Shown piece by piece: positions 48,589-59,628 of a stretch of 64,000 bases of DNA (positions within the stretch are counted from its first letter, which is position 1; every line of letters starts with the position of its first letter). Position numbers and translations under genes: made by a program. This DNA comes from an uncultured Acidobacteriota bacterium (lineage in GTDB: Bacteria > Acidobacteriota > Thermoanaerobaculia > UBA5066): assembly GCA_963779415.1 (NCBI GenBank), contig CAVZYA010000001.1, positions 320,001-384,000 of the forward strand, read 5' to 3'. The notes under the pieces are model-generated. The model did no database searches and had not been told where the DNA came from. It saw only the letters and a list, made by a program, of their open reading frames with translations.

Positions 48589-49813
48589 ATGAGCATCAGC
48601 CATCTCGCAAGGTCCATCGCTGAGTCGCCGACGCTCCGCCTGAACGAGGAGGCGCGGCTTCTTCGGGAGAGGGGCGAGCCCGTCATCCACCTCGGAATCG
48701 GCGAGCCGAAGAACAAAGCCCCGATCAGCGCGATCCTCGGCGCCGCGGGGAAGCTCTTCGCCGGCGACGTGAAATACACGCCGACGGACGGCCTCCCGTC
48801 GCTCAAGAAGGCGATCCTCCGGTACACGGAGGAGAACTACGACCGGGTGATCGCCCCGGAGAACGTCATCGTCTCCGAGGGGGCGAAGCAGTCGCTCTTC
48901 AACGTCCTCTACTCGATCCTGAACCCGCAGGACGAGGTGATCGTCCTCGCCCCGTACTGGGTCAGCTATCCCGAGATCGTGAAGATGGTGCAGGGGGTGC
49001 CGGTCGTCGTGACGCCGGAGGACGGCAGCTTCGTCCCGCAGTTCTCCGAGATCGAACGGGCGGTCTCTTCCTCCACGAGGGCGATCCTCCTGAACAGCCC
49101 GAACAACCCTTCGGGCGCCGTCTTCCCCGAGGCGCTGGTCTCGAAGCTCGTGGAGTTCTGCGAGAGGAAGGGGATCTGGCTGATCACCGACGACATCTAC
49201 CACAAGCTCGTCTTCGACGGGAAGGTCGCCGTCCCCGCGTGGCGATACACGCCGAAGGACGTCGAGACGTCGAAAGTGATCGTCGTCAACGGCGTCTCGA
49301 AGATCTACGGGATGACCGGATTCCGGATCGGCTGGGTGGTCGCGAACCGGGAGCTGGTCCGGATCATGACGAACGTGCAGGCGCAGACGACCTCTTGCGT
49401 GGCAACGGTCTCGCAGGCGGCGGCGGAGGGGGCGCTGACGGGCCTCCAGAGCTACGTCGAGATCTCTCCGCCTCACGCATCCAGAACAACCGCGACGTCC
49501 TGCTGCAGGAGATCCGGACCTTCACGGGACGTGAAGACGGTCGAAGCCCGAGGGAACGTTCTACGCGCTCCCCGACTTCCGCGCCTACGCGAATGGGATC
49601 CGTCGCGATGTCGGAGCTTCTTCTCAAGAAGGCGATGGTCGTCACGGTGCCGGGCAAGCGAATTCGGGATGGAAGGGCACCTCCGCCTCTCGTTCTCGGG
49701 CTCGGTGAAGGAGATCACCGGAGGGGATCGCCCGGATGAAGTGGGCGCTCGATCCCTCGTCCCCGAACGAGATCTACATCGGGGAACGGAAGCTCGTGAG
49801 GGACTGGCTGTGA
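48589..49813 (+). CDS. Class I/II (aspartate-type) aminotransferase; several apparent frameshifts after ~49460
   Basis: GIGEP, NSPNNPSG, DDIY, NGVSKIYGMTGFRIG; C-terminus (FGMEGHLRLSF..KLVRDWL stop) recoverable across frames. Confidence 0.9.
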
Positions 49814-51460
49814 ACAACATCCTCGACATCAGGACCCCGGCCGAAGGGCGAGGCCCAGGCGCGGAAGGCCGACTACGGCCTCGCCTACCTCGGCCTCTCG
49901 AACCTCCGGAAGGTCTACTGGAACCTTCCGACCGAGGCCCTCTACGAGGAGATCATCTTCCGGCGCGAAGGGCGGATCGCCCGTCGGGCGGCCCGGTCGT
50001 CGTCGACACGGGGAAGCACACGGCCCGCGCCGCGAACGACAAGTTCGTCGTCCGCGAGGAGGACTCGGAGGGGCACATCTGGTGGGGCGTCGTACAACCG
50101 CCCGCTCGCCCCGGAGAAGTTCGACGAGCTCTTCGGCCGGCTGCAGGGGTACCTGCAGGGGCGCGACCTCTTCGTCCAGGACTGCTTCGGCGGTGCCGAC
50201 CCCGACTACCGGCTCCCGGTCCGGATCGTCACCGAGCAGGCGTGGCATCGCCTCTTCGCCCGGAACATGTTCCTGAAGCCCCGGACCGCACGACGAATAC
50301 CGGCGCCACGTCCCGGAGTTCACGGTCCTCTGCGTCCCCGGCTTCAAGGCCTTCCCGCCCGTCGACCAGACACCCTCGGAGACCTTCATCGTCCTCAACT
50401 TCGCCCGCCGGATCTGCCTCATCGGGAACACCGGCTACGCGGGGGAGGTCAAGAAGTCGGTCTTCACGATCCTGAACTACCTCCTCCCGCTCGAGGGGGT
50501 CATGACGATGCACTGCTCGGCGAACGTCGGGAAGGACGGGGCCACCGCGCTCTTCTTCGGCCTTTCCGGGACCGGGAAGACGACGCTCTCGGCGGACCCG
50601 AACCGGGGCCTGATCGGCGACGACGAGGCGGGGTGGAGCGACAAGGGGATCTTCAACTTCGAGGACGGCTGCTACGCGAAGGTCATCGCTCTTTCCGCCG
50701 CGGCCGAGCCGCAGATCTGGGCGACGACGCGCCGCTTCGGGACGATCCTCGAGAACGTGATGTTCGATCCGGTCACGAGGCTGATCGACCTCGACGACGA
50801 CCGCCGGACGCGAAAACACGCGCGCTTCGTACCCTCTCGACTTCATCGAGAACGCCGTCCGAGAGCCGGATGGGCGGGCATCCCCGAAGAACATCATCTT
50901 CCTGACGTGCGACGCCTCCGGGGTGATGCCGCCGATCGCGAAGCTGTCGCCGGACCAGGCGCTCTACCACTTCATCTCGGGCTACACGTCGAAGATCGCC
51001 GGGACCGAGATCGGCCTCGGCAAGGAGCCCGAGATCACCTTCAGCGCCTGCTTCGGCGGGCCGTTCATGGTCCACACCCCGTACACCTACGCGAAGCTCC
51101 TCCGCGGAGAAGATCGAACGGCACGGCGTCGACTGCTGGCTGGTGAACACCGGATGGGTCGGCGGGCCGTACGGCATCGGAAAGCGGATCAGCATCCGGT
51201 ATACGCGGGACCTTCTGAACGCGGCGCTGGACGGAAAGCTGAAGGACGTGGAATACCAGGCCGACCCGGTTTTCGGCTTCGCGGTCCCGAAGAGCTGTCC
51301 GGGGGTCCCCGACCACGTCCTGAAGCCGGCCGACGCGTGGCACGACAAGGCCGAGTACATGAAGAAATACAGGCAGCTCGCCGCGCGCTTCATCGAGAAC
51401 TTCCGGAAGTTCGAGGGAGAGACGCCGGCCGAAATCGTGGCGGCGGGTCCGAAGATCTGA
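49810..51460 (+). CDS. pckA: Phosphoenolpyruvate carboxykinase (ATP); multiple apparent frameshifts
   Basis: [71 protein letters not shown] spread over the three frames. Confidence 0.93.
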
Positions 51461-52665
51461 TGGGGTTTCGCTTCTCCCGCCGTGCCTCTTCCGTCGCCCC
51501 CTCGGCCACGCTCGAGGTCCTGCAGGCCGCGGCGTCGCTCCGCGAGCGGGGCGTCGACGTCGTCGATCTCGGCCCCGGCGAGCCCGACTTCCACACGCCG
51601 GAGTTCGTCAAGGAAGCGGCCATCGCGGCGATCCGCGCGAACTTTACGAGGTACACGGACGTCTTCGGCATTCCCGAGCTTCGCTTCGCGGTCTCGGACC
51701 ACTACCGCAGGGCGTGGGGGAGCCCGTGGGGCCCGCGGAACGTTCTCGTCACCGCCGGTGGGAAGCAGGCCCTCCACACGGCGTGTCTCGCCCTCTTCGA
51801 GGAGGGGGACGACGTGCTGGTTCCCCGTCCCTACTGGGTCTCGTTCCCCGAGATGGTGAAGCTGGCCGGGGCGAGGCCCGTCTTCGTCCCGACGAGCCCG
51901 GAGAACGGCCACCGGCTCCGGGCCTCCGACGTCGAGCGGAGCGCGACCGACGCGACGCGGGGCGTCATCCTCAACTCACCGAACAACCCGACGGGCGCCG
52001 TCATGGAGGCGGGGGAGATCGAGAAGATCGTCCGCCTCGCTGCGGACCGGGGGTGGGTCGTTATCTCGGACGAGTGCTACGACCGGCTCGTCTACGAGGG
52101 AAAGCACTTTTCGGCGGCCGCGCTTGGCGATCGGTACCCGAAGACGGTCCTCGTCTGCGGGTCGCTCTCGAAGACGTTCGCCCTGACGGGCTGGCGGATC
52201 GGCTTCGCCCTCGGCCACGAGGAGCTGGTCGCGATGATGGGGCGGCTCGTCTCGCACGCCACGACGAACGTCTGCTCGATCACCCAGCGGGCTGCGCTCG
52301 CGGCCCTCACCAGCCCGGACGAGGCGGAGGCCGCCACGCACGCGATGTTCCGCGAGTACGCGAGGCGGCGGGACTTCCTGATCCCGGCTCTCGCCTCCCT
52401 CCCCGGAGTCCGCTGCGCCCCCCCGGGGGGCGCCCTCTACGCCTTCCCCGACGTCTCCGCGCACTTCGGAAAGCGGCTCGGAGGGATCGACCTGACCGGC
52501 TCGGCCCCCTTCGCGAGGGCGCTTCTCGATACCGTCGCCGTCGCCGTCACCCCCGGCATCGCCTTCGGCGACGACCGCGGCGTCAGGCTCTCCTTCGCCA
52601 CCTCGATGGAGCGGCTCGAGGAAGGGATCGCCCGGATCCGGAAGGCGCTGGGGGAGATCGGTTGA
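51460..52665 (+). CDS. Class I/II (aspartate-type) aminotransferase
   Basis: [44 protein letters not shown]; TGATG coupling with pckA. Confidence 0.93.
   Translation: MGFRFSRRASSVAPSATLEVLQAAASLRERGVDVVDLGPGEPDFHTPEFVKEAAIAAIRANFTRYTDVFGIPELRFAVSDHYRRAWGSPWGPRNVLVTAGGKQALHTACLALFEEGDDVLVPRPYWVSFPEMVKLAGARPVFVPTSPENGHRLRASDVERSATDATRGVILNSPNNPTGAVMEAGEIEKIVRLAADRGWVVISDECYDRLVYEGKHFSAAALGDRYPKTVLVCGSLSKTFALTGWRIGFALGHEELVAMMGRLVSHATTNVCSITQRAALAALTSPDEAEAATHAMFREYARRRDFLIPALASLPGVRCAPPGGALYAFPDVSAHFGKRLGGIDLTGSAPFARALLDTVAVAVTPGIAFGDDRGVRLSFATSMERLEEGIARIRKALGEIG
52580..52665 (+). repeat. Direct repeat copy 1 (3' end of the aminotransferase gene)
   Basis: GCGTCAGGCTCTCCTTCGCCACCTCGATGGAGCGGCTCGAGGAAGGGATCGCC-CGGATCCGGAAGG matches 53438-53524. 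Confidence 0.85.
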
Positions 52666-52698
52666 ACGACCGATCGGCTCTTCAGCCCGAAAACACCC

Positions 52699-53118
52699 TC
52701 AGGCCACGCCGACGACGGGAATCCCGTGTGCCCGGGCGGCGCGGGCAAGGGCAGCGTCGTGCGTGGCGAAGGTGAGCGGCTCGCGAACGGCTTCCTGGTA
52801 GAGGAGTGCGGTCGCCAGGTGGATGGCGTCCAGCGTTCCGAGAACGGTCGGAAGCGGCTGTGCCGCCCGCTCGAGGATCTCGCGGCTCGGATCGACGAGC
52901 GTCAGGCTGTCGAGGAGGGCGATGAGACACTCCCGACGACGGGCGGTCTCCTCGTCGCTCAAGCTCTCCTCGAGTCTCAGGCGGTCCAGAGTTCGAAGGC
53001 ATTCGACCTCCGCAAGGCCGCTCGAAACGCCCCGGCGGATCCGTCTCCAGCTCCGAAGTCGCCGCGGCTGGTCCAGAGCGACCCGCAGGAGCACGGACGA
53101 ATCAATGTAGACGATCAA
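52699..53118 (-). CDS. vapC: PIN-domain toxin VapC
   Basis: IVYIDSSVLL, EVE, LGTLDAIHLATA, FATHD; TTG start overlapping the antitoxin stop. Confidence 0.9.
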   Translation of the reverse strand: MIVYIDSSVLLRVALDQPRRLRSWRRIRRGVSSGLAEVECLRTLDRLRLEESLSDEETARRRECLIALLDSLTLVDPSREILERAAQPLPTVLGTLDAIHLATALLYQEAVREPLTFATHDAALARAARAHGIPVVGVA

Positions 53119-53378
53119 CGGGCGCTCTGCCGCTCCTCGAGCAGGAGCTCCACGACGTCTCGCCGGGTCTTGAGCCGGCGCGGAAGGCGGACGCGCCCGG
53201 GCACCGGCGCTCCGGCTTTCGGCGGCCGAAGGCTCAGACTCGTCGCCGTCGGGCCGACGGGCACCAGCCGGGCGACAGGCTCTGTGCGGTTCAGGACCGT
53301 CACGCTTCCGCCCCTTCGGGCGATACGGACATAGTGCGAAAGGCGCGCCTTGAGTGCCGCGATCGAAACCGTGCTCAT
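53115..53378 (-). CDS. Phd/YefM family antitoxin
   Basis: MSTVSIAALKARLSHYV..GGSVTVLNRTEPVARLVP. Confidence 0.9.
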   Translation of the reverse strand: MSTVSIAALKARLSHYVRIARRGGSVTVLNRTEPVARLVPVGPTATSLSLRPPKAGAPVPGRVRLPRRLKTRRDVVELLLEERQSAR

Positions 53379-53405
53379 GACCAGATGATAGCCCTTTCTG
53401 GTCAT
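53377..53405 (-). promoter_or_regulatory. TA operator: 9-bp inverted repeat ATGACCAGA-N11-TCTGGTCAT enclosing a -10 box (TATCAT)
   Basis: Perfect inverted repeat overlapping the antitoxin start codon and promoter. Confidence 0.7.
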
Positions 53406-53437
53406 CCACGGAATGGCGTGGCCAGCGAAAGAGCGAT

Positions 53438-53524
53438 GCGTCCGGATCTGCTTCCCCACTTGTATGGAGCGACTCGAGGAAGGGATCGCCACGGGTCCGG
53501 AAGGAGCTTTCCGAAATGCGGTAG
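53438..53524 (+). repeat. Direct repeat copy 2 (degenerate duplicate of the aminotransferase 3' end)
   Basis: Translates [17 protein letters not shown] versus [17 protein letters not shown] in the intact gene; 26 of 27 nt identical in the core. Confidence 0.85.
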
Positions 53525-53536
53525 GCCTGCGTCAAC

Positions 53537-56225
53537 TCACTTCGCCCCCGGGACCCGCCGCTTCACCTCCTCGAACCAATTCAGGACGACTTTGACGTGC
53601 GCCGGGCCCGATTCGGCGGGGTCTGGTTTGATCATGAGGAAGCGCGTCCCGTCGGGCGCGACGTCGTAGCTCCCGCGAAAACGCCCCTCGAAGAGCGTCC
53701 GCGGGCGCCCGGGACGAAACGTCGGCTTCGTCTCGACGTCTGCGGCCATCATCTTGTCCCCGTTCCGGTAGAAAAGTTCGCGGCCGCTCTTGGACCAGCG
53801 CGGCCCGTACCCCCCTTCGGTCGAGATCTGCCACCTGGGGCCCGGGAACGGCCGGACGAAGACCTCCCCGTGCCCCGACTCGTTCGAGAAGTACGCGACC
53901 CATCGGCCGTCGGGTGAAAACTGAGCGGCTCCTTCCATGAACTTTGTCTGGAAGAAGGGACGCGACGTTCTCTCACCGCTGAGCGGCAGAACGTAGATGT
54001 GCTGTTTGATGTCTAGGAGGCCGCGGGGGTCATGAAGTATTCCCGTGAAAATCACAACACTTCCATCGGGTGACACAGAGGAAGGGAGTTCTTGCAGGTT
54101 GTTCTGGGTGCCCATTGTGGCAAGCTCGGGCGGGGTGCTCCCATCGGCGCTCAGCCAATGGACTTTTTCCGGGTAGAACGCCGACGTCGAAATGCCGAGG
54201 GCAATCCGTTTCCCTTCCGGCGCCCAGGCCGGACCCCGGAGAATCCCCTCTACCGGCGACCGCGTCAGTGTCCCCCGGGCGAGTTCTCCGATAAGCAGTG
54301 CCGTCGTTTCGGCTTCCTCGAAGACAATCGCTGCAATGCGCCCTCCGTCCGCCGAGAGGGCCACCTCCTTGTAGTCCCGGGGCGGAAAAGGAACCGTTTC
54401 CACCGTGCCTTTCCGGTCCACCCAGACCAAGCTTCGCTGCAATCGCCCTCGTGAGCGGTAGACAAGCGTCCCATGGGACGAGAGGGCCATTTGGGCCGAA
54501 TTCGTGAAGATGCGATTCGTAACGAGGTCGTCGAGCACCGGTACGGCGAGACCGGACACTTCGAGCCGCTTCAGACTGAACGGCACTGCTAGAAGAGAGC
54601 CGCTCCGTGTGAAGACAAGGTGGCCCGTCTGTAAGAACCGGGGATTCGCCGCGTTCTCCGCAACGGCCCTGCGCTCCCCCGTCCGGAGCGAGACAACGGC
54701 GGCGCGGGGTACCGCATTCGGGGCCACGCTTCCGATCTGGAAGAGGACATGTTCACCGTCCGGAAGGATCTCTGCGAACTCGTGTACTTCCGAGCTTGAG
54801 GCATCGACTTTAGTCAGCGCCTGGGATTCGCCGCCCGACGCCGGGATGCGGTAGAGACCCGACATGGCGCTGGGCGCGAAGACGATCGTTCCGTCCGCCC
54901 CCCAGCTTCCATGGCTACCGTAAGTCGGAGCGTCGCAGAGAATGATCGGCGAGCCGCCGGCGAGTGACACCTTCTTCAGCTTTCCTTCGGAAAAGAAGCC
55001 GACCCAGAGTCCGTCCGGAGAAAAGAAGGGGCTGACTCCGCCCTCGGACCCCGCGATCGACTTGATCTCCTCCCGGTCGAGCGAACGGACGAAAAGCCTG
55101 CTTCCGACGTAGACGAGGGTCTTCCCGTCGGGGGACAGAGCGAGCGAGTGGAAATCCGCAGAGAATCGAGGCGGGGCATCGATCGGAAAAGAGAGCGAAA
55201 GGCTGATGGGCGAAGCGAGAGGAGATCCAGATCGCAGAAACCGATTACCGAGGAGGAGACCAATCACGGCGGTGAGCGCGGCGACAGCCGCCAGCGCCCA
55301 GAAGGGGACCCTGCGGCGAAGACGCGGCACGCCAGCGAGAGAGACATCCGCCGTGCTGACCGCCTCCGAGAGGTGAACCCGGAGGTTCTGCAGCTCCTTC
55401 GCGAGGTCCTTGGTCGAGGAGTAACGCTCCTCCCTGTCCTTCGAGAGACATCGTTGGACGATCCAACTAACGAGCGCCGGGAGCTTCGGGTCGAGCTTTG
55501 ATAGCGGCTCGGGTTCCTCGCGGATGATGGCGACCATTGTCTCGGCCGCGGAGTCGCGGACGAACGGCCGCTTTCCCGTCAGCATCTCGTAAAGAACCGT
55601 TCCGAGCGAGAACTGGTCGCTCCGGAAGTCGACAGTCTCCCCTCGTGCCTGCTCCGGCGACATGTAGGCCACCGTCCCGAGGACGACCCCTTTCTCGCTC
55701 ACGGCTGCCAGCGTGGGAGACCGGGTGTCGGAGGGGTCGTGGCGCGTGACGTCGTGCCGGGCGAGGCCGAAGTCGAGGAGCTTGGCGTGGCCGTCCTTCG
55801 TCAGGAAGATGTTCTCGGGCTTGACGTCCCGGTGGACGATTCCTTTCCCGTGCGCCGCCGCCAGCCCTTCCGCTACCTTCAGCCCGACGTCGAGGGCCTT
55901 CTTGAGCGGCAGCGGCCCCTTGCCCAGCGTCTCGCGCAGCGTCCCGCCTTCGAGAAGCTCCTGAACTAGGAGGAGCCGACCGGAGATTTCTTCGAATGAG
56001 TAGATCGCGGCGATGTTCGGGTGGTTCAGCGCCGCCAGCGCGCGAGCCTCTCTCTCGAAGCGCGCCTTCCCGTCTTCACTTTCTAAGAAATCTCCCGGCA
56101 GGACCTTCATCGCCACTTCCCGGCCGAGCCTCGTGTCCTTCGCCCGGTAAACCTCGCCCATTCCGCCCGCGCCGAGGGGCGAGGATCTCGTATGGGCCCA
56201 GCTTGGTGCCAACGGCCAGAGTCAT
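53537..56225 (-). CDS. Ser/Thr kinase with transmembrane segment and TolB/WD40-like beta-propeller; frameshift near 56180
   Basis: MTLAVGTKLGPYEIL from 56225, then a frame change into PLGAGGMGEVY; HRDVKPEN, DFG, SPE; FSPDG repeats. Confidence 0.9.
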
Positions 56226-56323
56226 TGCACACCGCAGCAGGGGGTCCGGGGGACGCCCGTAGGCGAGTCCCCGGGAAGCAGCCGAGGCGGGTCCCTGCGG
56301 CGATCATGCCGGTCAGTGACTCC

Positions 56324-58894
56324 CTATTTCAGGCCTTCCACGAGATAGAGTTCGTCGAGAATTCGCAGATAGCCGTACGCGTAACTCCGTGCATCCCGCG
56401 TGACGACGAATTTCGCCACACGGACGCCGGCAGGATCCGGAACCTCGAACGTCTTCCACAACCGCCTCTCTCCGGACTGGACGTCGATACCAAACACATC
56501 GAGGCGGGTTCCCTCGTGGCTGACGAAGAGTGTCCGGCCATCCGCGCTCCACTGGCTGACCCATTCTCTGGGGACGAGCTTCGCCACCGGCTTGGGCTCC
56601 CCGCCCTGCAGCTGAAAGAGCACGACCGTGGAATCCTGAGTGACCGCGGCCACCCACTGTCCATCGGGAGATGTCACGACACCCACGGCGCCCTCGGGCG
56701 TCACCGCGCGTGGCACGCCGCCGGGTAGCTCCTGAACCCAGGTTCGCTGCGGACGCTCACGCTCGGCTCCCACAAACACAATCTGGCGGCCGCCCGGAAG
56801 GAAACTCCCGTTCTGGTAGGTCTCCACCTTGGCGGGCGGCAAGGAGAGCGTCTCCCCGGGGCCGGTCGGGATGAGAACCAGTCGATGCGGGGGGCCGTAG
56901 CGAATCGCGAGGGCCCACCGACCATCCGGCGAGAGCGCGCACCCCGAGCCTTCCCCGAGCCGCACCGGGGGAGATCCGTCCATGCTCCTCAGATAGGCCG
57001 TGTAGGTAGGGCCGGCGGTCTCGCCGATATCGTTAAGGAGCAGCAGCCTGCCGTCAGACGAAAGAGCCCGCGGCCATGGAAAGTCGAGCCAGCCAAGCTC
57101 TTTCTCCTTGTCCTCCGCGGATGACCTGCCCCGGATGCCCGACTGTTCTCTCTCGGAGGCGAGCAGGGCGCGGCCATCCGGGGCCACGTCAAAGAGGACG
57201 ACGTTCGACGGGAATCGAGCGACGGTGCGCTGCCGGCCGTCCAGATTCACGCTGAAAAGATCGCGCCGCGACGCGGAAGGGCTGGCCGTGAACCAGACCT
57301 CACGCCCGTTCGCCGACCACGCAAGGCCCGCGACACTATTGAACTCGCTCGTGAGCGTCGTCTTTCGGCCCACCAACTCCACGACCGCTACGCTGCCTCT
57401 GTCGTCATCCACGACGGAATGCTCGGTGAAAGCAATCCGGCGGCCGTCCGGTGAGACGCGGGCGTCGCCAAACCAGCCCGACGTCCTGGCGAGAACGTGC
57501 CCCGGGGGCATTTCGAGCCGGTCCTCGCCACCGATGCGCCTCACGACGGCCAGGGTCGTTCCGTCAGGCGACCAGTCGGCGCAGGAGACATCCTCCAACA
57601 GATCACGCGGCGCGCTCCCGGAACCAGGGACGACCGCCAGCGAGCCATACCCCCAGGCGAACCCTTCCGCCTGCCTCCTCAAGGCGAGCTCCCCTGTGCG
57701 CGAAATGGCTTGCAGGGCGATGTCTGGCAGGCCAAGTGAACGGGTCGTGGAAAGATCCGTTCGCGTCTCGAAAACTTCGTGGGAACGTCCGTCCCACGCG
57801 GCGCTGTAGAGCACGCCCTTCCCGTCCGGAGTGAATCGGGCGTTCGCGATGGAGCCCCGCTGGAACGAAAGACGCCTGAATGTCGGAGGCTCGGGCCCAC
57901 GTTTCGTCAGACGACCCGCAAGGAAGAAACCGGCGACAAGGAGGGCGGCACCGAGTCCGATCCCCGCGATCGTCTTTACGGCGAGCCGTCTTCTGAAAGG
58001 TGCCTTACCGCCTTCGATTGCGGGCGCAACCGCGCCGGCTCCAGTCATCCCCTCCAGATCGAAAGCCAGGTCCCGAGCCGACTGGAAGCGTTCGTCCGGG
58101 TCCTTCGCCAGGCAGCGCTTTACGATCCGATCCAGCGCCGGCGGAGTGAGGGGCCGTAGCTCCACCATCGACCGCGGCACCTCCTTGAGAATCGCCGCGA
58201 TCAGGCTCGCCTGGCTCGCCCCCTCGAAGGCACGCTTGCCCGTCGCCATCTCGTACATCACGCACCCAAGTGCCCAGAGGTCCGTCCGCGCGTCCGCTTC
58301 CTTCCCCTCCAGTTGCTCGGGCGCCATGTACTGGAACGTTCCGACGATCGTCCCCTCGGCCGTCAGCGACCGGCTCACCGTCGGCGATTCGGTCAGGGCG
58401 CCGGCCCCCGGCGCCAACCCGGTGGCGCGAGCGAGACCGAAGTCCATGAGCTTCGCCCCGCTCTTCGTCAGCATGACGTTACCGGGCTTCAGGTCCCGGT
58501 GGACGATCCAGCCGCGGTGGGCGCGATCCAGCGCGCTCGCGATTTCGGTTCCGATGCGAAAAACGTCCGTGAGCGGCAGCGCCTCTTTCTCCAGCCGGTG
58601 GGCGAGGGTCTCTCCCTCGAGCAGCTCCATCACCAGATAGTCGATCCCCTCGTGGCGACCGATGTCATGGAGGGTGCAGATGTGAGGGTCGTTGAGCTGC
58701 GAGATCGCCCGCGCTTCGCGCTCGAATCGCGCGCGGACTTCCGAGTTCGCCGAGAGGTGCGTCGGCAGCACTTTGATCGCCACGTCGCGCCCGAGCCGCG
58801 TGTCCCTCGCCCGGTAGACCTCGCCCATCCCCCCCGCGCCGAGAGGGGCAACGATCTCGTAGGGCCCGAGGCGCGTGCCCGCGGAGAGGCCCAT
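56324..58894 (-). CDS. Ser/Thr kinase with transmembrane segment and beta-propeller domain
   Basis: LGAGGMGEVY, VAIK, HRDLKPGN, DFG, APE; SPDG repeats. Confidence 0.94.
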   Translation of the reverse strand: MGLSAGTRLGPYEIVAPLGAGGMGEVYRARDTRLGRDVAIKVLPTHLSANSEVRARFEREARAISQLNDPHICTLHDIGRHEGIDYLVMELLEGETLAHRLEKEALPLTDVFRIGTEIASALDRAHRGWIVHRDLKPGNVMLTKSGAKLMDFGLARATGLAPGAGALTESPTVSRSLTAEGTIVGTFQYMAPEQLEGKEADARTDLWALGCVMYEMATGKRAFEGASQASLIAAILKEVPRSMVELRPLTPPALDRIVKRCLAKDPDERFQSARDLAFDLEGMTGAGAVAPAIEGGKAPFRRRLAVKTIAGIGLGAALLVAGFFLAGRLTKRGPEPPTFRRLSFQRGSIANARFTPDGKGVLYSAAWDGRSHEVFETRTDLSTTRSLGLPDIALQAISRTGELALRRQAEGFAWGYGSLAVVPGSGSAPRDLLEDVSCADWSPDGTTLAVVRRIGGEDRLEMPPGHVLARTSGWFGDARVSPDGRRIAFTEHSVVDDDRGSVAVVELVGRKTTLTSEFNSVAGLAWSANGREVWFTASPSASRRDLFSVNLDGRQRTVARFPSNVVLFDVAPDGRALLASEREQSGIRGRSSAEDKEKELGWLDFPWPRALSSDGRLLLLNDIGETAGPTYTAYLRSMDGSPPVRLGEGSGCALSPDGRWALAIRYGPPHRLVLIPTGPGETLSLPPAKVETYQNGSFLPGGRQIVFVGAERERPQRTWVQELPGGVPRAVTPEGAVGVVTSPDGQWVAAVTQDSTVVLFQLQGGEPKPVAKLVPREWVSQWSADGRTLFVSHEGTRLDVFGIDVQSGERRLWKTFEVPDPAGVRVAKFVVTRDARSYAYGYLRILDELYLVEGLK

Positions 58895-59061
58895 GGAACC
58901 GCCTCCCCGGGTCGGAGGAAGGTGCGGGTCGTGCCCCCCGCGCGGCGGCGCTCGTTCCGGCGGCCCGTCAGGTTCGTGTTACTGCGGAGATTCTAAACCC
59001 GCCCCGTTTGTCGGAATTCCTCCCTCTGTTACATTGGCCGGCGGAAGGAGCCGAAAGCGCC

Positions 59062-59352
59062 ATGAACGAAGAGCGACGCGAGAACGCCGACGCCGGCAAG
59101 GCTCCCGAAAAGCACGACGAGCGGGTCCGGACGGCGTTCGACGGCCTGCACGAGTCGCTCGGCGAGCGGGCGACGCCCGAAGCGCGCGAGTCGGTCGAGA
59201 AGCTGCGGGAGGCGGCTCTCGGCCGCGACGGCGCCCGCGTCAGAACCCTCCTCGAGGAGGTCCGGGAGCGCCATGGCTGGCTCTACGAGGAGCTGGCCCG
59301 CCACCCGAAGGTCGCCGAGCTGATCAACGAGCTGGCGTTGATGGGGCTCTGA
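59062..59352 (+). CDS. Small helical hypothetical protein
   Basis: AAGGAG Shine-Dalgarno; GC-rich codon usage; ends LINELALMGL. Confidence 0.65.
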   Translation: MNEERRENADAGKAPEKHDERVRTAFDGLHESLGERATPEARESVEKLREAALGRDGARVRTLLEEVRERHGWLYEELARHPKVAELINELALMGL

Positions 59353-59375
59353 GAGCCGGGAGGTTTGAAAGAAGA

Positions 59376-59624
59376 TCAGGCCGCAGCCTGGCTGCCGCCG
59401 GCGTTTCGCACGAGAACGGTCGGTTCGGCGTCGGGTGGCGGGACCGGGAGTTTCTGCTCGCGAAGAATGGACACGTGCTCGGCCATGCCGAAGCGCGCCT
59501 TGTAGACACAATCCTCGATCGAGCTGCCGACCCCCGTGAAGCCTTCGAGAGTAGGCGAGAAGAAGCTGAAAAAGAGGGGATCGGCGGTCGCCTCGATCAC
59601 GAGCGAGTACTTCAGGTCGATCAT
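59376..59624 (-). CDS. hicB: HicB family antitoxin
   Basis: YSLVIE..FSPTLEGFTGVGSSIEDC..PVP RNase-H-like pattern; downstream of hicA. Confidence 0.85.
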   Translation of the reverse strand: MIDLKYSLVIEATADPLFFSFFSPTLEGFTGVGSSIEDCVYKARFGMAEHVSILREQKLPVPPPDAEPTVLVRNAGGSQAAA

Positions 59625-59628
59625 GTCG

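Noticed and set aside
48589-50475. Apparent 628-aa aminotransferase-PckA fusion ORF
   Set aside because: Artifact of the indel cluster; a clean stop/start overlap (GTGA at 49810-49813) separates the two genes.
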